NCBI GenBank assembly: GCA_964016885.1
Contig: OZ024756.1
Location: 26,474,001-26,538,000, forward strand
Length of the DNA stretch: 64,000 bases
Source of the DNA: Eledone cirrhosa
Lineage: Eukaryota
Direction: 5' to 3'
Positions 55,527 to 64,000 of the stretch are shown piece by piece (positions within the stretch are counted from its first letter, which is position 1; every line of letters begins with the position of its first letter). Under the pieces are notes generated by a model. It ran no database searches and had not been told where the DNA came from. It saw only the letters and a program-made list of their open reading frames with translations. Both the position numbers and the translations under genes were made by a program.

Positions 55527-55618
55527 TATATATATATACACATATATATATATATATATACACATATATATATATATATACACATATATATATATATACA
55601 CATATATATATATATATA

Positions 55619-55823
55619 TGAAGATAGACATAGAATATTTGAAAATATTCTGTATGTTTATAATAAACATTTTGAAGACCTAATCGCTATAGAATAGAAT
55701 ACGTCACGTGACGTATTCTATTCTATAGCGATTAGGTCTTCAAAATGTTTATTATAAACATACAGAATATTTTCGAATATTCTATGTCTATCTTCACATA
55801 TATATCGCTATTTCAGAGCATTT

Positions 55824-55830
<7 letters not shown>
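55619..55830. repeat. Spacer-less 178-bp palindrome (55619-55796) plus short tail
   Basis: Centre cacgtg at 55705-55710. Confidence 0.9.
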
Positions 55831-55871
<41 letters not shown>

Positions 55872-56015
55872 TAAAATAACAGATTAAAGTTTATAAATAT
55901 TTGCTCTACGGTTCTTATATATTTGATATATATTTATCCTTATCGAGCCCTCTTTGGATTTTAGTCTTCAAATTTATTATTATTACTATATATATATATA
56001 TATATACATATATAT

Positions 56016-56054
<39 letters not shown>

Positions 56055-56629
56055 AAACAAATGAGATCGTGTAGGTGTCATGACAAAAAAACACACAGTC
56101 CACGCTGTAATGTGGCCGTGTAGGCAACACGGTAAAAACCTCCCAGACCCACACTGTAAATGTGGTTGGTGTTAGGAAGGGCATCCAACTGTAGAAAACC
56201 TGCCAGACAGTCCTATGCGAGCAAGACAATCACTCTTGCCTCAAGTGGGACTACCCCCGTCCAAACCCATGCAAGCGTGGAACACGGACGTTAAACGTTG
56301 ATGATGATGATGATGATGATATATATATATATACATATATACACACATATATATATATAGATACATATATATATACATACATATATATATACATACATAG
56401 AATATATATATATATATACATATACATACACACACATATATATATATAAACATATACATACACATATATATATATACATACACATATACATACATATATA
56501 TATATACACATACACACATATATATATATATACACACACATATATGTATATACATATATATATACATATATATACACACATACATATATATAATATAAGA
56601 TCAAAAGATGGTTAAAAGAGTTCCAAGTA

Positions 56630-56696
56630 TTTTATTATGCGCATTTCAAAAACAAATATCATCATGGGATGATATCTGCGTTCTCATCAGATAAAA
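56630..56696 (-). ncRNA. Diverged family A hammerhead
   Basis: Same core, stem I and stem III; stem II substitutions keep pairing. Confidence 0.85.
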
Positions 56697-56766
56697 TAGG
56701 GAGACATGATATGAAGCTTAAAAAACACTTGTGAATATATACACACATATATATATATATATACAC

Positions 56767-56827
<61 letters not shown>

Positions 56828-56899
56828 TATATACACACATATATATATATATATATACACACACACATATATATACACACACATATATATATATATATA

Positions 56900-56941
<42 letters not shown>

Positions 56942-56954
56942 TATATATATATAT

Positions 56955-56997
<43 letters not shown>

Positions 56998-57090
56998 TAT
57001 ATATATATATATACACACACATATATATATATATATCATCATCATCATATATATATATGATGATGATGATATATATATATATATACACAC

Positions 57091-57177
<87 letters not shown>

Positions 57178-57640
57178 CACACATATATAAATATACATTA
57201 AACATGGAGTTAAACAATAAAGACAACCTACCTTTTTTAAAACAACAATTGAAGAAGGAAGTCATGTTAATAATATTGTGGCAGTAGTGTCACTTGATAT
57301 GTTAGCTAGGGAAGAATAAACTAACACAGAAGCCTATATGTACACACATATATGTACTCTCTCTCTCTATTCCTCTCTCTCCACAGACACACACACACAC
57401 TCGGATTTTAGTCTTCACATTTATCATTATTATTACTGGATTGGCAGTATCGGTAGAGGGTCGGACGCCATGCTTTGACGCAAAGAGTTACGGCCCTTGC
57501 CATTCTGAGTTCAAATCCCGCCGAGGTTAACTTTGCCTTTCATCCTTACGGGGTCGATAAAATAAAGTACCAGTAATGCACTGAGTAATTGCTGGCCTTG
57601 TGCCAAACGTAGAAACAATTATTACTATATATATATATAT

Positions 57641-57865
57641 ATGTAATCTGAGTTTTTCGAATATTAATAATAACATTCGATTCGTTTGCAATTATGCAAA
57701 CAAGCCTCATTTTTAACGCCATGTCAGTAGAATGAACCCTTCATCGGCGTTAAAAATGAGGCTTGTTTACATAATTGCAAACGAATCGAATGTTATTATT
57801 AATATTGGAAAAACTCAGATTACATTTATTGTATTCAGCCATGTAGAGCGAAATTTTTGTTTTTA
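57641..57865. repeat. Fold-back element (arms 57641-57720 and 57746-57825) plus tail
   Basis: 80-bp inverted repeat with 2 mismatches, flanked by (TA)n. Confidence 0.85.
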
Positions 57866-58189
57866 TATATATATATATTATATATATATAAATGAAAAGT
57901 ATAGAAATTGTTGTAGCGAGAAGCTAACAGTATTCCATAATATATAAGTGACTATAGCGTCAAAATGGGAAAATAGTTAACGTAAGATGTGGGAAAAATA
58001 ATTCAAACTCAATTCAAAAAGAATCAGGATATAGATTTATCCAACAGAATTTAGAGAAATCCAGGGAAAAAGATGAGTATTGACGTACATGTACGTCAAT
58101 ACTCATCTTTTTCCATTTATCTGAGGGTTCTAAACCCCATTATCAGTCTAAAATTCCTTTAGTCAAAATACGGTGAAAGCTATTCTATT

Positions 58190-58222
<33 letters not shown>

Positions 58223-58827
58223 AATATGACCCTCCCCAAGTATAACAATATATATACATATATACATATACATATATACATACATGCATACATATATACA
58301 TACATATATATATATATATATATTCAAAGGATAAAGACAATGGAAAACATCTCCTTCCCCCTCAATAATGTATGTGTGTGAGTGTGTATGTATGTATTTA
58401 TGTATGTGTGTGTGTTTGCAGTTTTATATTTCGTTACAGGATTTATTGTGTCACTGTTAATGTTGTTGTTGTTCTGCTCTTACAACCAGGATATATTACT
58501 CCACTTGATTTTTCTGCCTGTCTTTGTGTGTGTGCGCGCGTGTGTGTGTGTATCTGTACGTGTGTTTGTGCATGTATCTGTGTGCGTGTTTTTGTATGTG
58601 TTTGTGTGTGTGCGCGCGTGTGTTTGTATGTATGTATGCCTCTCTGTAAGGATGTAGGTGAATACAACAGTGTCTGTCATATGGAAAAAACGCTTTCATT
58701 CACAGATTCAATTTCTAGCCACTGCAAACATTAAATAAATGACATACATATATCAATATGTGGTTGACGGCTGAGAGAAAAGAGTACTCAAGACCAAAGT
58801 AGAGTTTTTATATTCATTTTATTAAGG

Positions 58828-58875
58828 CTTGTTACTCCAGAGTTTCACCTGTTTATCACAGGGTCATCAGACAAG
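58828..58875 (-). ncRNA. Type I hammerhead (family I; degenerate copy at 20696-20738 +)
   Basis: CUUGU CUGAUGA c CCUGU gauaa ACAGG u GAAA CUC ug GAG UA ACAAG. Confidence 0.83.
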
Positions 58876-60917
58876 AACTAACATTTCAATAGCAGGCACA
58901 GTATAAATATGGAAGTCTTGGGGTGGAGAAGTGGGATTTAATTGAGAAAAGGTAATTACAATAGGGTGGGCAGAGTGTCAGTGGATTGAGGATAGAGTTG
59001 TGGGTAAAAGAAGATAATAATGGGTGATAATGGACATAGCCATAAAATTTTAACTGGTAAGTGTGTGTGTGTGGTGGTGGTAGTGGGGGGGAGGGGGCAG
59101 GTGATGAATGTCGAGGTGCGTGTATAGGGAGGGTTAATGAAAAGGCTGGTGGGATTGGCAGGATAAAATCTTCCTTTACTGTCTGCTTTGGTTTGGTTAG
59201 TTCATATGGATGCTATTAGGAAGGGCATCCAGCCATAAATACCAAGACACAATATAGATTTGTTCTCAATGTAAAGTGATTGTGTAGGCGCCATGATAAA
59301 AAAGACCCAGTACTCACTGTAAAGTGATTGTGTATGCGCCACGATAAAAAACACCCAGTCCTCACTGTAAATGAGGTTGGCATTAAGAGGGTCATCCAGT
59401 TGTAGAAATCAAGCTAGAATCAGTTCTGTATGGGAAAGACATGGTCACTTGACTTAGCATTGCCTACAACAGGGCAACTCGTCTAATCTATGCTAGCATG
59501 GAAGAATGGATGTAAAACGGTGATGATGATATATATATATATTATGTCACCTGTGATTCCTTCTCTAATGGCCTCTTCTAGCTAGTTCGTCCATTAGTTT
59601 AGTTTTCTCTATCACAACACCTTTACTAAACCTTATTGCTTGATAATAATAATAATAATAATAATAATTTCTTCATTGGCCACTAGTAAGAATTATAGTT
59701 ATTTGTTTATTAACCACAAAAGGTTTACAAAAGGCACATTAACCCTTTCGCATTTACATTACTCTATATTTATTATTATATTTTCTTGGTAAAGGCTTTA
59801 CCTCACATAATATTGAATCTATGATATTTTGATATTATTTATTTTGAGAACAATACCTTAACATGAGTATGAGTGGCCAGTTAAGGCCAGTTTAACAGAA
59901 AGAGGTGAGAGAATTCTGGTCAGATTCGGCTGATTTAAATGCTAAAGGGTTAAGGACGGTACAATGTTATACAGTGTGGTTTTCCATTAATGTAGAAAAA
60001 GGGGGAAATAATGAGAATAAAAACAAAATGAATGCAAAACCAGAAATTTAGCTAAAAATGTGTTCAATGCTCTAATGACTCTGTTAACACACCGCCATCA
60101 ACATGCTTAATAATAATAATAATTGTTTCTACTATTGACACAAGGCCAGCAATTACCCAGTACATTACTGGTACTTTATTGGGTAATTGCTGGCCTTGTG
60201 CCAAAAGTAGAAACAATTATTTTACAAATTTCCACTAATAGAGAGTTGGTTTCTAACATAGAAACAAAACTCTGCAGTAGAAGCGGTGGTTGTGGCAGTG
60301 GTGGTAGTAATGGTAGTGTTAAGGAGTTGAAACCATAGGTTATGTGTAGTTCAATGCTGTCATCTGTTGCTGGTACACCGGTGGTCTATTGAACAATTTC
60401 TTCTCACTACTTTCATTCTCATTTTTCTGAAAGAATTTAGAACAAAGAATAAGTTGAAGAATAACAAGACAAACACAGAGATACAATAACAAAGTCTTAT
60501 TAGCTTCCAACTAGGGAATGGAGATAAATATGTTTCAATGTCTTTGGTTAATTTCATATATATATATATATATTAACCAGAGTACACCCCCGTCCCTCTA
60601 CCCCACCCCATCCACACCACCCCTTTCGATGTAAAGCTATGTTGGTACCACAACATCCAGTCCAAAATAAATGAAGTCGTGTGGGTGTCATGAGAAAAAA
60701 ACACACAGTCCATGCTGTAATGTGGCCGTGTAGGTAACACGGTAAAGACCTCCCAGTCCACACTGTAAATGTGGTTGGTGTTAGGAAGGGCATCCAGCCG
60801 TAGAAAACCCACAAGACAACCAATCTTGCCTCAAGTGGGACAATTCCCGTCCAGACCCATGCTAGCGTGGAAAATGGACGTTAAACGATGATGATGATGA
60901 TGATATATATATATATG

Positions 60918-61370
60918 GGATAACAAGTTATCGTTATAGGTAATCCAGTTAGAGGTTGTGAGTACTCTGTGTCGTGGATAGTTTTAACGTACGGTTTTGT
61001 TTAACTCAACAAGATGCTTCCATAGTTAGGCAGCGAGTTCGCAGTAATTCCTATGCAGGTTATACTTGGAGTAATAATAGTTAAAGAATGAAGAGTAACA
61101 TGGGTGGCTGTACAACAAGGGGCTTTATTACAAGTACTGACAATTGTTTCATTGATCAGGTGAGTCTAGAGGTCGCTAATCGCTTGAGGTTGCGTCACTC
61201 GATCTCCAATACATTGTTTACCTCTGATCAACACATCAGAGTATTGGAGATCGAGTGACGCAACTTCAAGCGATTAGCAACCTCTAGACTCACCTGATCA
61301 ATGAAACAATTGTCAGTACTTGTAATAAAGCCCCTTATTGTACAGCCAACCATGTTACTCTTCATTCTTT
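60918..61370 (-). mobile_element. Fold-back element family J (arms 61083-61212 and 61241-61370) with hammerhead-like motif at 61135-61243
   Basis: UACU CUGAUGU GUUGAUCAG..CUGAUCAAU GAAA CAAUUG UC AGUA. Confidence 0.78.
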
Positions 61371-61533
61371 CACTATATATATATATATATATATAAATGT
61401 GGTTGGCGTTAGGAAGGGCATCCAGCCGTAGAAACCCAGCCAGAAACAGCCCTATATGAGCGAGACACGGTCACCCAACACAACTTGCCTCAAAATAGGA
61501 CCCGTCTAACCCATGCTAGCGTGGAAGATAGAC

Positions 61534-61571
<38 letters not shown>

Positions 61572-61867
61572 TGATGATGATTATATATATATATATATAT
61601 ATAGGCACGTGGCTGAGTCGTTAGAGAATTGGATTCACAATCGTGAGGTTGTGATTTCGATTCCCAGACTGGGCGATGCGTTATGTCCTTGAGCAAGACA
61701 CTTTATTTCATGTTGCTCCTTCTGCCATCTCCTGTGACTGACAGATAGTATTAGCAATTGGAAAGACCAATGGAAACATTGTTTCCTCGGTCCAATTTGA
61801 TGAACTCCACTCCAATTGTTAAGCAAATGAGATCTGGTATCTTGTTAGTCGACTGTCGATATATATT

Positions 61868-61925
<58 letters not shown>

Positions 61926-62180
61926 ATAGCATTTTTTACAAAAACAATATAAAAATTGGAAGGAGGTAAGTGGAGAAGTTAAAACAGCTCAAAATACAGT
62001 AATTTAATATAATAAACAATACAAAAGATTTTTCAAACAAGCATGTGTACAAAATCCTATTGTGTTGTAAAATATGTATATATATATATATAATTATATA
62101 TAGACTCATGCTAGCGAGGAAGAATGGACGTAAAACGGTGATGATGATGATGATGATGTAATTATATATATAAATATGTT

Positions 62181-62237
<57 letters not shown>

Positions 62238-62352
62238 TTTCTGAATTTGTTTAGCAAGATTCTTTATCTGAAATCGTGTGTTGAAACCGATATTGAAGTG
62301 AAAGCAACTGGTGCGTGTGTTTCTTATTGGCAACATGACCCTCCCAAAGTAT

Positions 62353-62483
<131 letters not shown>

Positions 62484-62485
62484 TA

Positions 62486-63068
<583 letters not shown>

Positions 63069-63255
63069 ATTATATATATATAGTCCAGAATATATATATA
63101 TAGTAATTATATATATATAGTCCAGAATTAGCCGTCGAAACGGCTTGAGCTCAGCTGTCGGGGTCTTACTGGTTCCTATTACCCACTCTACTACCTCAAG
63201 TATTGAGTACTTTGGTGCGTTATGGTCCACCTGGTTCCTTACCACATTTCCTTCG

Positions 63256-63311
<56 letters not shown>

Positions 63312-63359
63312 ATATGTACAGGTTATATATATGTATATATATATGTATATATATATGTA

Positions 63360-63390
<31 letters not shown>

Positions 63391-63622
63391 TTCGTTTCTG
63401 AATTTGTTTAGCAAGATTCTTTATCTGAAAACGTGTGTTGAAACCGATATTGTTATACTTTGGGAGGGTCATGTTGCCAATAAGAAACACACGCACCAGT
63501 TGCTTTCACTTCAATTTATTATAATAAATTTATAAATTTATAAATTTATTATAATAAATTGAAGTGAAAGCAACTGGTGCGTGTGTTTCTTATTGGCAAC
63601 ATGACCCTCCCAAAGTATAATA

Positions 63623-63626
<4 letters not shown>
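63391..63626 (-). mobile_element. Fold-back PLE terminus related to the 52.7-kb element (palindrome 63447-63626, tail on left; mini copy at 62236-62360)
   Basis: Shares atgaccctccc-aagtataacaatat..tttc-acacacg with 7790-7835 and 52720-52762. Confidence 0.82.
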
Positions 63627-63714
<88 letters not shown>

Positions 63715-63783
63715 GTATATATATACATGTATGTATATATATATATGTTTATATATATATATGTACATATATATATATGTATG

Positions 63784-63814
<31 letters not shown>

Positions 63815-63819
63815 GTATG

Positions 63820-63937
<118 letters not shown>

Positions 63938-64000
63938 CGTACGTTATTCCGGGTTGAATCGGAGGTAACCACAGTAAGTAAGGTACTCAATACATAGCAG

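Overview
AT-rich animal genomic DNA. The SINE types and giant (TA)n arrays suggest a cephalopod such as Octopus, which is an inference. Two spliced genes lie head to head. BUD13 is on the minus strand with 3 coding exons at 15947-8276, and the rest runs off the window start. A complete 17-exon ASCC2 is on the plus strand at 20247-44520 (783 aa by my splicing), with a U12-type intron at 30919-31722. The remainder is TA/CA microsatellite, minisatellites and mobile elements: CR1-group and RTE LINEs, CRE-like and Ingi/Vingi-like relics, two tRNA-SINE families, TTAA MITEs, a small Helitron and a 5'-truncated Penelope-like element (PLE) with a GIY-YIG nuclease. The most notable hidden structure is a dense set of about 15 short fold-back (palindromic) elements from many unrelated families, mostly embedded in (TA)n. 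Most have an inverted arm plus a one-sided tail, and many carry type I hammerhead ribozyme motifs. These motifs include U3-A8 compensatory cores, other core variants and pairing-preserving substitutions between copies. Many tails begin with a shared, covarying RCTC...GAGY hairpin. All structures were read by eye; no folding or database search was run.
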